From contig CAVUQH010000004.1 in the NCBI GenBank assembly GCA_963743525.1, positions 32,001 to 96,000 on the forward strand: 64,000 nt of DNA. The letters are read 5' to 3'. Positions within the stretch are counted from its first letter, which is position 1. Each line of letters begins with the position of its first letter. A program made the translations under genes and the position numbers. This DNA comes from an uncultured delta proteobacterium (GTDB lineage: Bacteria; Myxococcota_A; Polyangia; Haliangiales; Haliangiaceae). The notes below the pieces were generated by a model that had not been told where the DNA came from, did not search any database, and was given only the letters and a program-made list of their open reading frames with translations. Below, piece after piece: positions 9,166 to 20,403 of the stretch.

Positions 9166-11361
9166 CTACTTCACCGCGGGCTCGGGGGCGCCGATGTAGT
9201 GGAGCAGGAACGCGAACTGGACCGCGATCTCGTCCACGACGCCGCTCAGCTTGCTGGCGCCGTGACCGGCGCTGGCGCTGGTGCGCAGCAAGATCGGCGC
9301 GCCCGAGCTCGACGCCGCCTGCAGGCGCGCGGTCATCTTGCGCGACTGCCACGACTCGACCCGCGGGTCGTTGTCGCCGGTGGTGAACAGAATCGGCGGG
9401 TACTTCACGCCGGCCTCGACGTGGTGGTACGGCGAGTAGGCGTAGAGCGCCTTGAACTGGTCTGGATCCTTGACCGTGCCGAACTCGGTGACGTTGAACT
9501 CACCGTTGGGCGACAGCTCGGTGCGCAGGCTGTCGTAGATGCCGACCGCCGAGACCACCGCCGCCATCAGATCCGGGTGCTGCGTGAACTCCGCCCCCAT
9601 GAGCAGTCCGCCGTTGCTGCCGCCGATGATGCCGAGGTGCTTGCTGGAGGTGTAGCCGCGGCTGATCATGTGCTGCAGCACCGCGGTGAAGTCATCGAAG
9701 ACGTTCTGCTTCTTGGTCAGCATGCCCTCCCGGTGCCACTCCTCGCCGAACTCGCCGCCACCGCGCAGGTTGGCCACGGCAAAGCAGACGCCGCGGTCGA
9801 GGAAGATGCGCGCCAGCGCCCGGTAATGCGGGGTCTGGCTGGATCCGTAGCCGCCGTAGCCGGTGACGATGCACGGCCGGCTGCCGTCTCGAGGGGCGTT
9901 CTTGGCGACGATGATGTCGACCGGCACCTTGGTGCCGTCCTTCGAGGTGGCCATCTCGCGCACGACCTCGGCGTCGGACAGATCGACCAACGCGGGCCGC
10001 GAGATCTGGTCGAGCTTGCGCGTCCCCTTGGCGGTCAGCTCGTACCAGCCCCAGGGCACCAGGTCGCTCGTTTGCGTAAACCAGATGTCGTCGCCGGCGA
10101 CCTGCTCGAGGCCGCTGATCGACGCCACCGGCAGCTGCTCGGGTGCGGGTAGCGGCTTGCCCTCGTGGTCGAAGACGCGCAGGACGGTCGGCCCACCCGT
10201 CTGATAGATGACGTAGATCCGCGAGTCGGTGGGCAAGATGCCGCTGGCGCCCCAGAAGTTCCAGGCGATTGAATCTTTGCTCTGGGGCACGATCTCGACC
10301 GCCTTGGACATGTCGGTGGCGCCGCCCGTGAGAGCCAGGAGCTTGCCGCGAGGAGCGTCCTTGCGCGACAGCGCGAACAGGGTCTTGGGCGGCCCGAAGA
10401 AGACACCCTTGATGCCGTCACCGAACGTCAACAGCTGGGTGAGCTTGCCGCTGCCGTCGGCTTTCCCCAGGTAGTGGGCGAAATCGCCGCCGTCGCCGTT
10501 CTGCACGGTGATCAGCAGTCGCCTGGTGGCGTCGTCGACAGCGACCCGCGTCTCGGCGATGCGGGGCTGCCCCTTGCCGAAGATGTAGCGGTCGGTTTCG
10601 ACCGGCTGGCCCAGGGTGTGCAGCCACACCTGCTGATAGAAGCCGAGGTCTTCTTTCGGTCGCTCGCCGTCGCGGGGATAGCGGGTGTAGTAGAAGCCCG
10701 AGCCGTCCGGCAGCCAGGCGACGCTGCCGCCCGCCGTGCCGTTGTTGACGTGGGCGATCTGGTCGGGCAGCGGCTTGGCGGTGGCGACGTCGTAGACGAC
10801 CAGGTCGCCACGCTCGGAGCCGCCTTTGGACAGCGACACCGCCACCTTCGAGCCATCCGGCGACGGCTCGTAGAAGTCGATGCCCATGGTGCCGTCCTTG
10901 TCGAGGACCGTGGGATCGAGAATCACGCGCTCGCCGGTCAGGCCCGCCTTGTCGCTCATCTCGATCAGCGTCGGCTGCTCCTTGGGCGGCTGCTGCTTCT
11001 CCATGAACAGATGGCCGCCGACGAAGGTCACGGAGAAGTAGCTGGGCGACGGATCGAGCACCAACTTCTCCACCTGCGCGCGCACCGCCGCCAGGTTGGG
11101 CAGCGCCTGGAGCTGCTCGCGGGCGTAGCGGTTCTGGCCGTCGGCCCAGGCCTTGACCTCCGGATCGTCATCCTTCTCCAGCCACTGGTAGGGATCGACG
11201 ACGTCGACCCCGTGGTAGGTGTTGGTCACCGGACGCACCGCGGCCACCGGCGGGCCCGCTTCGGCTGGTTGCTTCTCGGGACCAACCGTCGCACGGGTAG
11301 GTGCCTGGCTGCTGCCGCAGGCGGTGACGAGGATCAGCGACGCCGACAGGAGGGAGCGCAT
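9166..11361 (-). CDS. Prolyl oligopeptidase (S9A) lipoprotein
   Basis: Lipobox VTAC, DPYQWLE, GYGGYG, RGGGEFGEEWH, catalytic GGSNGG, NDPRV and AGHG. Confidence 0.95.
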   Translation of the reverse strand: MRSLLSASLILVTACGSSQAPTRATVGPEKQPAEAGPPVAAVRPVTNTYHGVDVVDPYQWLEKDDDPEVKAWADGQNRYAREQLQALPNLAAVRAQVEKLVLDPSPSYFSVTFVGGHLFMEKQQPPKEQPTLIEMSDKAGLTGERVILDPTVLDKDGTMGIDFYEPSPDGSKVAVSLSKGGSERGDLVVYDVATAKPLPDQIAHVNNGTAGGSVAWLPDGSGFYYTRYPRDGERPKEDLGFYQQVWLHTLGQPVETDRYIFGKGQPRIAETRVAVDDATRRLLITVQNGDGGDFAHYLGKADGSGKLTQLLTFGDGIKGVFFGPPKTLFALSRKDAPRGKLLALTGGATDMSKAVEIVPQSKDSIAWNFWGASGILPTDSRIYVIYQTGGPTVLRVFDHEGKPLPAPEQLPVASISGLEQVAGDDIWFTQTSDLVPWGWYELTAKGTRKLDQISRPALVDLSDAEVVREMATSKDGTKVPVDIIVAKNAPRDGSRPCIVTGYGGYGSSQTPHYRALARIFLDRGVCFAVANLRGGGEFGEEWHREGMLTKKQNVFDDFTAVLQHMISRGYTSSKHLGIIGGSNGGLLMGAEFTQHPDLMAAVVSAVGIYDSLRTELSPNGEFNVTEFGTVKDPDQFKALYAYSPYHHVEAGVKYPPILFTTGDNDPRVESWQSRKMTARLQAASSSGAPILLRTSASAGHGASKLSGVVDEIAVQFAFLLHYIGAPEPAVK

Positions 11362-11595
11362 GTGCGGAACCTACCTCCGCGCCCTCTCCCTGACAATTCG
11401 CATCGCCTCACACGCGCGCACGAGCCGGATCACGGGTGCTTCCGGCGGGATGCCCCCAACAGCTCGACATGCACGTCATGGATCGCGGCTGACCTGGAGT
11501 GGCCCGCAAATGCTGGTCGAAATCATGTAGCTCGTGCGGCCGTTGGGACGGTTGGCGGTTGGTTGTGCCTCCGGGCGGCCACGGCTCGAGCGCGT

Positions 11596-13263
11596 TCACA
11601 GCGTCCAGGTGAGCAGCTCGCCATCGCGCGCGAGGGAGCACAGGGTGTGCGTGTCCGGCGCGAAGGCGACGGCAACGACGGCCGCGGCATGGCCCGGCAA
11701 CGCCGCTTTCAGGCTGGCCGTGGCTCGATCCCAGACGTAGACGCACCAGTCCGCGGCGCCGGCGGCGAGCAGCGCCCCATCGGCCGACAGCGCCAGTGAC
11801 AGCGGCGCGGCCGGCGGCCGGAGCGGCTCGCAGATGTGATCGTCGCCGACTCGCCACAGAACGATCTCGGCGCTGGCGTCCCGCCGATCGGGCCAGGCGA
11901 TGGCCGCGACGCTGTCGGCCGCGCAGGTGAGCTCGCGGAGTAGATGCATCGCGGGGTGAACCGTCGTGAGGTGCGCCTCCGGCGGGTGCCACGCCACCAG
12001 CTCGCCGCCGGGGGTCGCGGCCGCCGCCAGCTCGCCGTGCTGGTCGAGCGCGAGCGCGAACGGGACGTCCTCGAGCGCAATCGTGACGACCGGGTTCAGC
12101 GTGTGGGTATCTGCGACGATGACGGCAGCACCGGTGCGGTAGAGGTAGCGCTCGCCGTCGCCAGACAGCGCACCGACAGTGGCCGCCGGCAGTGCCAGCG
12201 CGGCGCCGACGGGCGTGCCATCGCCGGTGAACGTCCGCAGCTGGTTCCACTCGCCGCGCACGATCGATTGGTCGCGTGAACGCACGGCGACCGACGTCGT
12301 CGTGTGCGATGCCTCGAGCATCGCGACCTGGCCGGATGCGGTGACGATGCGATGGGTCGTGACCAACGGCTCGGCACCGGGGCCGACGGCGAGCGCCGTG
12401 TCCCGGCTCGGGCGAAGCTGTGCGCGCGGGGCCGCGCGGATCGGCACCAGCGACTCGCTCGCTACGTCGCGGCCAGTATCTGCGTCCCACGCGACCACGG
12501 TGCGGCCATCGCCGTCCAGTCCGACCAGGATGGCGCCGTCGTCGCTGAACGCGAGCCCGCGCAGCGGCTGGTGGTCCTGTTGTCGGTCGACGATCGTCGT
12601 TCCGTCGACGCGCCAGAGGAACAGGTGGGTCACCCATGGGGTCCGATCGTTCAGCTCGGCCGACGGGTTGGGGTTGCCGCCGAACACTGCGGCGACGCGG
12701 CCACGAGCTGCATCGACCGCCATCCCGTCGAGCCCGAGCAGCGACGCCGTGCCCTTGCCGAGCTCGGCCCCGGAGGCAAGGCGCACCGTCGTCACCTCGG
12801 CTCCGGTGCAGATCGCGAGCACCGCGGCGTCGGGCGAGATCGCCAGCCGGGTCTCTGCGCGCGCGGGCAGCTCGAGCGCGCGCAGCTGGCCCGATTCGAG
12901 GTCGAGCACGGCGATGCGCGAGGTAGCCAGGAAGTGCGGCCCAACCAACTCGAGCCGCGGGTCGTGATTGACGAAGGTCTTCTGCTCGAGCAGCAACGCC
13001 AGCGCGCCCGCATCCGGCGCCAGCGCCGCCTGCCTCACCTCGCCGCTCAGGCGAAAGGCCCGTGTCGGAATACCTGTCACCAGATCGAGGAGGCGCACGC
13101 TATCGCCCCCGGCCACGACGAGCCGCTCGTCGTCGAGCATCGCCGAGAACACGACCGGGCCGCCGTGTCGGAACGGGCTCGCCCCGAGACGGCGCGTCGC
13201 TTCCGTGGGCACGGGCAGCTCGAAGCGGCTGCAGCGAATCTCGGACGGGTCACGCCCGCTCAT
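11596..13263 (-). CDS. WD40-repeat beta-propeller protein
   Basis: LAFSDDG...VAWD, LALSADG...YVWD and GHAAAVVAVAFAPD...DGELLTW repeats. Confidence 0.75.
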   Translation of the reverse strand: MSGRDPSEIRCSRFELPVPTEATRRLGASPFRHGGPVVFSAMLDDERLVVAGGDSVRLLDLVTGIPTRAFRLSGEVRQAALAPDAGALALLLEQKTFVNHDPRLELVGPHFLATSRIAVLDLESGQLRALELPARAETRLAISPDAAVLAICTGAEVTTVRLASGAELGKGTASLLGLDGMAVDAARGRVAAVFGGNPNPSAELNDRTPWVTHLFLWRVDGTTIVDRQQDHQPLRGLAFSDDGAILVGLDGDGRTVVAWDADTGRDVASESLVPIRAAPRAQLRPSRDTALAVGPGAEPLVTTHRIVTASGQVAMLEASHTTTSVAVRSRDQSIVRGEWNQLRTFTGDGTPVGAALALPAATVGALSGDGERYLYRTGAAVIVADTHTLNPVVTIALEDVPFALALDQHGELAAAATPGGELVAWHPPEAHLTTVHPAMHLLRELTCAADSVAAIAWPDRRDASAEIVLWRVGDDHICEPLRPPAAPLSLALSADGALLAAGAADWCVYVWDRATASLKAALPGHAAAVVAVAFAPDTHTLCSLARDGELLTWTL

Positions 13264-13371
13264 GGCATCGACTCTATCGCACGCTCGCCGCGTTCTGGAG
13301 CCGCAAAACAGGCCGACGACGCAGGCGCTGGCAGCTGCTCCACGCTGGCAACTGCGCTATGTTGGACATCG

Positions 13372-13950
13372 ATGCGCTTCCTCAGCCTGATCTTGCTGTC
13401 CGCGTGCGCCACCTCGGCCACACCGGCCCACGGCCCGGCCTCGCCCGCTTACCCGCCCGGCCTCGTCAACATCGGGGCGGAGTTTGCCCCCGTCCCGTTT
13501 GCCCAAGGGGCGCTGGCCAGCAGCTTCCGCGCGGGAGCGACGATCACCTTCCGCCTCCACGCCACCGGCCAGGAGCCGACTCTCTTGACCACCGAGTTTC
13601 TCGACCCGACCGCCGATCGGGTCACGTTGCGCGACACTGCGACGGCGCTGGATGGGTCGCCGCTGGGTGAGCCCAAGACCGCCACCGCTGCATGGACTGA
13701 GCTGGAGGCGCACGCCCACTTCCCGCGGGCGGCCACCACGATCAGCGAGAGCGACGTCGAGGTGCCGGCCGGTCGCTTTCACGCGTACGAATACCGGATC
13801 GCCGGCAACGCCGACGGCGCGCCGACCGTGACCACGTTGTGGTTCGCCGAGAATCTCCCCGGCCCTCCGGTGAAGATGATCCGGCAGGTGGGCGGCGAGA
13901 CCGTCTTCGAGATGGTCCTGGTCTCCACCCACCGCCCGGCGGCCGAGTAG
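13372..13950 (+). CDS. Hypothetical lipoprotein
   Basis: MRFLSLILLSAC lipobox, a VEVPAGRF motif, and a TATGTT box 8 nt upstream. Confidence 0.75.
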   Translation: MRFLSLILLSACATSATPAHGPASPAYPPGLVNIGAEFAPVPFAQGALASSFRAGATITFRLHATGQEPTLLTTEFLDPTADRVTLRDTATALDGSPLGEPKTATAAWTELEAHAHFPRAATTISESDVEVPAGRFHAYEYRIAGNADGAPTVTTLWFAENLPGPPVKMIRQVGGETVFEMVLVSTHRPAAE

Positions 13951-13978
13951 CCAGAAGCTCGCGGCTACCGGCGGTGCG

Positions 13979-15094
13979 TCATCCCGCCTCGCGGCGCACG
14001 CTCACCGTGCGACGCCCCACCATGTTGAGGCGCGTGGTGCGAATGACGTCCGGCTCGACGACGCGGCCGTCGCGGAAGCGGAAGCGCAGGGCGTCGTCGG
14101 GGCACTGGACGATGCAGGCGCCGCACAGCAGGCAGTCGCCGGCGCGGGCGATGCGGACTTTGCGCCGTTTGCCGTCCATCTGCAGGACGTCGCGCGGGCA
14201 GACTTTCACGCACTCGGCGGCGCCCGTGCAGCGGTCCTCGACGAGCTCGAGCTGGAAGTGGTTGCCGAGGCTATTGATCTCCCCGGGGTAGAACGGCGTG
14301 GAGCCGGAAAGATCCAGGGACAACAGCCCGATCGTCGCCACCTGGGTGATGGCGATGCCGACCAGTGGGCCGTGGCCGTCGCGACCGATCAGGTAGAGCA
14401 GACCGAAACCGACGGCGACGGCCACCATCGCTGCGCCGGAGAACGTGAGCCACCTGCGCGGCCCGACGATCGGCACCCGGGCGACGGCGAAGAAGACGCC
14501 GAACACCGCGATCAACACCGCCACCGCGGTCACCGCCGCGACGGCGCCACCGAACAAGATCGCCGACACCACCGCGGCGATGGCCGCGATCGGCGCGCCC
14601 CACATCGTCGACATCTCGGCGCGATCGCGCGGGGTGAAGGTGATGCGCCGCTGCGACTTCGTGACCTTGCAGTGGCGATCGAGGAACTCGGGCAGCCACT
14701 CGAGACGCGCCGGGCCCCAGCGGCCCTCGAACCCGGTGGCCTCCTGGATCAGCCGCGGCTCCACGCCGGTGGCGGACAGCTGCGGCAATACCAACCGGCG
14801 GTGGTCGACGCGCTCGGCCAGGCGGCTGGCGCGGACGGCCGCGATGACGTCGTGGTGGGTGAAGTGACCGCCGCCGGCGGCGCACCAGACGTTGATGCCG
14901 CGGCTGTTGGCCACCAGCAGCCAGACGTCGCGCCCGCGCAGCGCCCGCTCCACGCGGCGCACGGTCAGCGTGAAGTTGCCGGTGACCAGCACCGGTGCAT
15001 CGCGACCCGGGTTGCCGATACGGCGCAGCCCGGGACGGGTCGCGTGGGGAAACATGCGCAACACGGTGTCGCGGAGGTCGCCGAGGCCGATCAC
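13979..15094 (-). CDS. HgcAB-like fusion protein (corrinoid-binding CdhD/HgcA-type domain + 4 TM + ferredoxin)
   Basis: IGNPGRDAPVLVTGNFTLT, cap helix GINVWCAAGGGHF, LVLPQLSATGV and WGPAR, then 4 TM helices, then CTGAAECVKVCP and CLLCGACIVQCP. GTG start overlaps the methyltransferase stop. Confidence 0.92.
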   Translation of the reverse strand: MIGLGDLRDTVLRMFPHATRPGLRRIGNPGRDAPVLVTGNFTLTVRRVERALRGRDVWLLVANSRGINVWCAAGGGHFTHHDVIAAVRASRLAERVDHRRLVLPQLSATGVEPRLIQEATGFEGRWGPARLEWLPEFLDRHCKVTKSQRRITFTPRDRAEMSTMWGAPIAAIAAVVSAILFGGAVAAVTAVAVLIAVFGVFFAVARVPIVGPRRWLTFSGAAMVAVAVGFGLLYLIGRDGHGPLVGIAITQVATIGLLSLDLSGSTPFYPGEINSLGNHFQLELVEDRCTGAAECVKVCPRDVLQMDGKRRKVRIARAGDCLLCGACIVQCPDDALRFRFRDGRVVEPDVIRTTRLNMVGRRTVSVRREAG

Positions 15095-15756
15095 GACGAC
15101 CTCGCCTCTTCGGGCACGCGGCCGCGAACGACGACGAAGTTGCCGGCCATGTGCTCGACCTCCACGTCGGCGAAGCCCGCGTCGCGCATGCGCTGTTCCA
15201 GCCCGGTCACCGGCCGGGTCGAGGTTTGCGCCAGCAGCCAGGTCACCGCCACCAGCGGCGCGCGGCGCACTCGCCACCAGGCGCGCGCCGCCTTGCCGCG
15301 GGGAGCGACCTCGTCGGCGATGGCGACCAGCCCGCCCGGCTTCACCCGCGTGCGCAAGGTTGACAGCACGTACGCCTGCTCGTCCTCGGTGAGCTCGGAG
15401 AACAACAGGCAACTGACGGCGCCGTCGAAGCTGCCGGCGGGAAATCGGTCCTCGATCTCGAGGGCGCCGAGCTCGAGCCATTCGATGCCACCGACATCCG
15501 CGGCCTTGCCCCGCGCGACCTCGAGCATGCCGGCGTTGATGTCGATGGCGACGACGTCGGCGCCGCGGCGCGCGCAGGCGAGTGACACGTTGCCGGTGCC
15601 GCAGCCGACATCGATGACGCGGAGACCGGGCTCGGCCACCAGCGCGGCCAGCCGGTCGTAGACCTCGTCGATAGCGCCGCGCGACAGCATGCGGATGCCG
15701 CGGTCGTAGCGCTGCGGGGTCGACTCGAGCACCTTCATGTACACGTAGCTACTCAC
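15091..15756 (-). CDS. cpaM: Class I SAM-dependent methyltransferase, corrinoid protein-associated (CpaM-like)
   Basis: Motif I VIDVGCGTG, AIDIN and FDGAVS. N-terminus SSYVYMKVLESTPQRYDRGI. Translationally coupled to the HgcAB-like gene. Symbol is from my recollection of the family, not a search. Confidence 0.8.
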   Translation of the reverse strand: MSSYVYMKVLESTPQRYDRGIRMLSRGAIDEVYDRLAALVAEPGLRVIDVGCGTGNVSLACARRGADVVAIDINAGMLEVARGKAADVGGIEWLELGALEIEDRFPAGSFDGAVSCLLFSELTEDEQAYVLSTLRTRVKPGGLVAIADEVAPRGKAARAWWRVRRAPLVAVTWLLAQTSTRPVTGLEQRMRDAGFADVEVEHMAGNFVVVRGRVPEEARSS

Positions 15757-16372
15757 GGTCGTTGTCCCCTTCTCGGCGCGTGGCCGCGCCGTCGAGAAAC
15801 GAGGTAACTGCCAGCGCCGGTATCTCGTCGAGGCTGGGCCAGCCGCCGCCGGAGCCCCAGTGCTGTACGTACAAGAGCGACAGCGTGCCGACGAACAGCA
15901 GCGCGAGCTGCGGGACCGGGACGTCGCCGCGCACCTCGCCGGCGACGACACCCTCGGAGAGAAGGCCGGCCACGGCGAGGATGTAGGGCGCCAGATGCGC
16001 CTCGATGATCGGATAGGTCTCGGGGCGGAAGCTCATCGCCTCGCGAACCAGCACCTTGATGAAGTCTTCCTGCTCGCGCAGCACCGAGACGTCGGCTTCG
16101 GCCGCCGCCAACAGGCGCGCGCGGACCGACCCGTTCGGATCGGCGGCGCCGAACCGCTCGGCGGCGTGGCGGGCGCCCTCTTCGACGACCGCACCGAACA
16201 GCTCCTGCTTGCTGGCGAAGTAGTTGTAGACGGTGCCCTTGGCCAGGCCGGCATCGACCGAGATGTCGTCGATGCGCGCGGCGTCGAACCCGGCGACGGC
16301 GAACTGTCGGGCCGCGGCCTCGATCAGCCGCTGCCTGACGATCTTCTGCATTTCCTTGGAGATACGTGCCAT
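15749..16372 (-). CDS. TetR/AcrR family transcriptional regulator
   Basis: HTH: AAARQFAVAGFDAARIDDISVDAGLAKGTVYNYFASKQELF. Stop overlaps the methyltransferase start. Confidence 0.93.
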   Translation of the reverse strand: MARISKEMQKIVRQRLIEAAARQFAVAGFDAARIDDISVDAGLAKGTVYNYFASKQELFGAVVEEGARHAAERFGAADPNGSVRARLLAAAEADVSVLREQEDFIKVLVREAMSFRPETYPIIEAHLAPYILAVAGLLSEGVVAGEVRGDVPVPQLALLFVGTLSLLYVQHWGSGGGWPSLDEIPALAVTSFLDGAATRREGDNDRE

Positions 16373-16382
16373 CGGGAGGCTC

Positions 16383-16430
16383 AATATGACCGAATACCCA
16401 CAATATGGGTTATCGGTCATATTTTGTCAA
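16383..16430 (-). promoter_or_regulatory. Sigma70-type promoter overlapped by a long palindromic operator (likely TetR site)
   Basis: Minus strand reads TTGACA (16430-16425), 17 nt, CATATT (16407-16402). Inverted repeat AATATGACCGA...TCGGTCATATT (16383-16423) with inner ACCCA/TGGGT. AT-rich island. Confidence 0.8.
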
Positions 16431-16483
16431 CGGCGGTCTTTGCACCGGCGTAAGTCGGCCGGGTAGCCTGTCGTTCAGCTCCC

Positions 16484-17062
16484 ATGAGGCTCCTCGTCGG
16501 CATGATCCTGATCGCCCTCGTCGCCTGCGGCGGCAGCCAGGAGCGGAAGGAGTGCTTCGAGTGCGGACTGTCCGACCAGTGGGCGCACGCCGCACGCGAG
16601 CGGGCGGCACGGGAACAGGCCGAGCACGACGCACACATGCGGGAAATCTCCCGCGCGGTGAGGCTGGGCGAGGCCGGCACTGACCGGGATGCCAGGCTGA
16701 TCTCGGAGACGATCTACCAGGGCGAGCGCGACGCGTTGGACCGATTGGTGTCGAGCCTGGAGGCCGCCTGCCAACGACAGCATTCCCTGGCGCTGGCGTG
16801 GACGTTCCACGAGCTGACCACGGGCACCTTGCGACCGACGGACGAACGCGATGTCCAGCAGCTCCGCGAGCGAGCGTTCTACCTGATCGCCGTGTCTCGC
16901 GGCGACGACGCCCGCGCCGAGCTGGGCGGATGTCAGAGCAGCCCGATCGAGGCCGTCTGCGCCCGAGCGCTGGCCGCGATCGAGCAGGGGCGCGGAATGT
17001 GCGAGTCGCCGGCGACGCCGGGCGTGCCCGAATCGGCGCCGCGTGGCAATATCGCCGAGTGA
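16484..17062 (+). CDS. Hypothetical lipoprotein
   Basis: MRLLVGMILIALVAC lipobox. No recognisable domain. Confidence 0.6.
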   Translation: MRLLVGMILIALVACGGSQERKECFECGLSDQWAHAARERAAREQAEHDAHMREISRAVRLGEAGTDRDARLISETIYQGERDALDRLVSSLEAACQRQHSLALAWTFHELTTGTLRPTDERDVQQLRERAFYLIAVSRGDDARAELGGCQSSPIEAVCARALAAIEQGRGMCESPATPGVPESAPRGNIAE

Positions 17063-17511
17063 CCGGCCGGCACGACCACGCCAAACACCTTCGCGACCTC
17101 GCACGCCTGCGCCGGGTTCGCGACCGGATCGACCGCGACTACGCGCAGCCGCTCGACGTCAACGCACTGGCCCGCGGCGTGAACATGTCGGCCGGACACC
17201 TCAGCCGCCAGTTCAAGCGGGCCTACGGCGAGTCGCCGTACTCCTATCTGATGACCCGGCGCATCGAGCGGGCGATGTGGCTGCTCCGCCGCGGCGATCT
17301 GAACGTCACCGAGGTCTGCTTTGCCGTCGGTTGCGGGTCGCTGGGCACCTTTAGCACCCGGTTTGCCGAGCTGGTCGGCATGCCGCCCAGCGCCTACCGC
17401 CGCCAGGCCGCCCGAGCGGCGGGAACGACCGGGAACATGCCGTCGTGCATCGCCAGGCAAGTAACCCGGCCGGTCAGGAATCGAGAAGCAACGGCCCGGA
17501 GCGGCAGGTAG
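17059..17511 (+). CDS. AraC family transcriptional regulator (HTH-only)
   Basis: RDRIDRDYAQPLDV, SAGHLSRQFKRAYGESPY and VTEVCFAVGCGSLGTFSTRF. Confidence 0.93.
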   Translation: MTGRHDHAKHLRDLARLRRVRDRIDRDYAQPLDVNALARGVNMSAGHLSRQFKRAYGESPYSYLMTRRIERAMWLLRRGDLNVTEVCFAVGCGSLGTFSTRFAELVGMPPSAYRRQAARAAGTTGNMPSCIARQVTRPVRNREATARSGR

Positions 17512-17521
17512 GCTCAGCGCC

Positions 17522-17932
17522 ATGGACATCACCATTTGCCAAACCTTCCTCCCGCACACCGATCCCGAGGCGTCCCTCGGGTTCTATCGCGACACCCTCG
17601 GCTTCGAGGTCCGCAACGACGTCGCCTTCGGAGGCATGCGCTGGATCACCGTCGGCCCGGCCGCGCAGCCCGCGACCTCCATCGTCCTGCAGCCACCAGC
17701 CGCCGACCCCGGCATCACCGAGGACGAGCGGCGCACCATCTCGGAGATGATGGCCAAAGGCACCTACGCCCACCTGATCCTGGCGACCCACGACCTCGAC
17801 GGCACCTTCGCCCAGGTCAAGGCCAGCGGCGCCGAGGTCGTCCACGAGCCGACCGAGCAGCCGTGGGGGATTCGCGACTGCGCCTTCCGCGATCCGGCCG
17901 GCAACCTGATCCGCTTCAACGAGCTCCGCTGA
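17522..17932 (+). CDS. VOC / glyoxalase-bleomycin resistance family protein
   Basis: FYRDTLGFEV, RWITVGP and EQPWGIRDCAFRDPAGNLIR. Confidence 0.93.
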   Translation: MDITICQTFLPHTDPEASLGFYRDTLGFEVRNDVAFGGMRWITVGPAAQPATSIVLQPPAADPGITEDERRTISEMMAKGTYAHLILATHDLDGTFAQVKASGAEVVHEPTEQPWGIRDCAFRDPAGNLIRFNELR

Positions 17933-17946
17933 CCAGGGCGAGACGA

Positions 17947-20334
<2,388 letters not shown>

Positions 20335-20403
20335 CGGCGCCGGGCGAATGGGTTCGGGGCCATCTGGCTCCGGCGCGGGCTTTGTGTTCTGATCGCCGGA
20401 CCT

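Noticed and set aside
11500..11570. Short similarity to intergenic 38737-38815 (GGACGGTTGGC, GAAATCATG) as a dispersed repeat
   Set aside because: The matches are only 9-11 nt, in different order and in just two copies.
13979..15094. Calling this bona fide hgcA/hgcB (mercury methylation)
   Set aside because: It is a fusion with an AAGG cap helix, a CxxA first cluster and no HgcB C-terminal cysteines. Fused forms are not shown to methylate Hg.
16373..16483. Cobalamin riboswitch upstream of the corrinoid operon
   Set aside because: The leader is too short, no B12-box is visible, and the region is explained by the promoter and operator.
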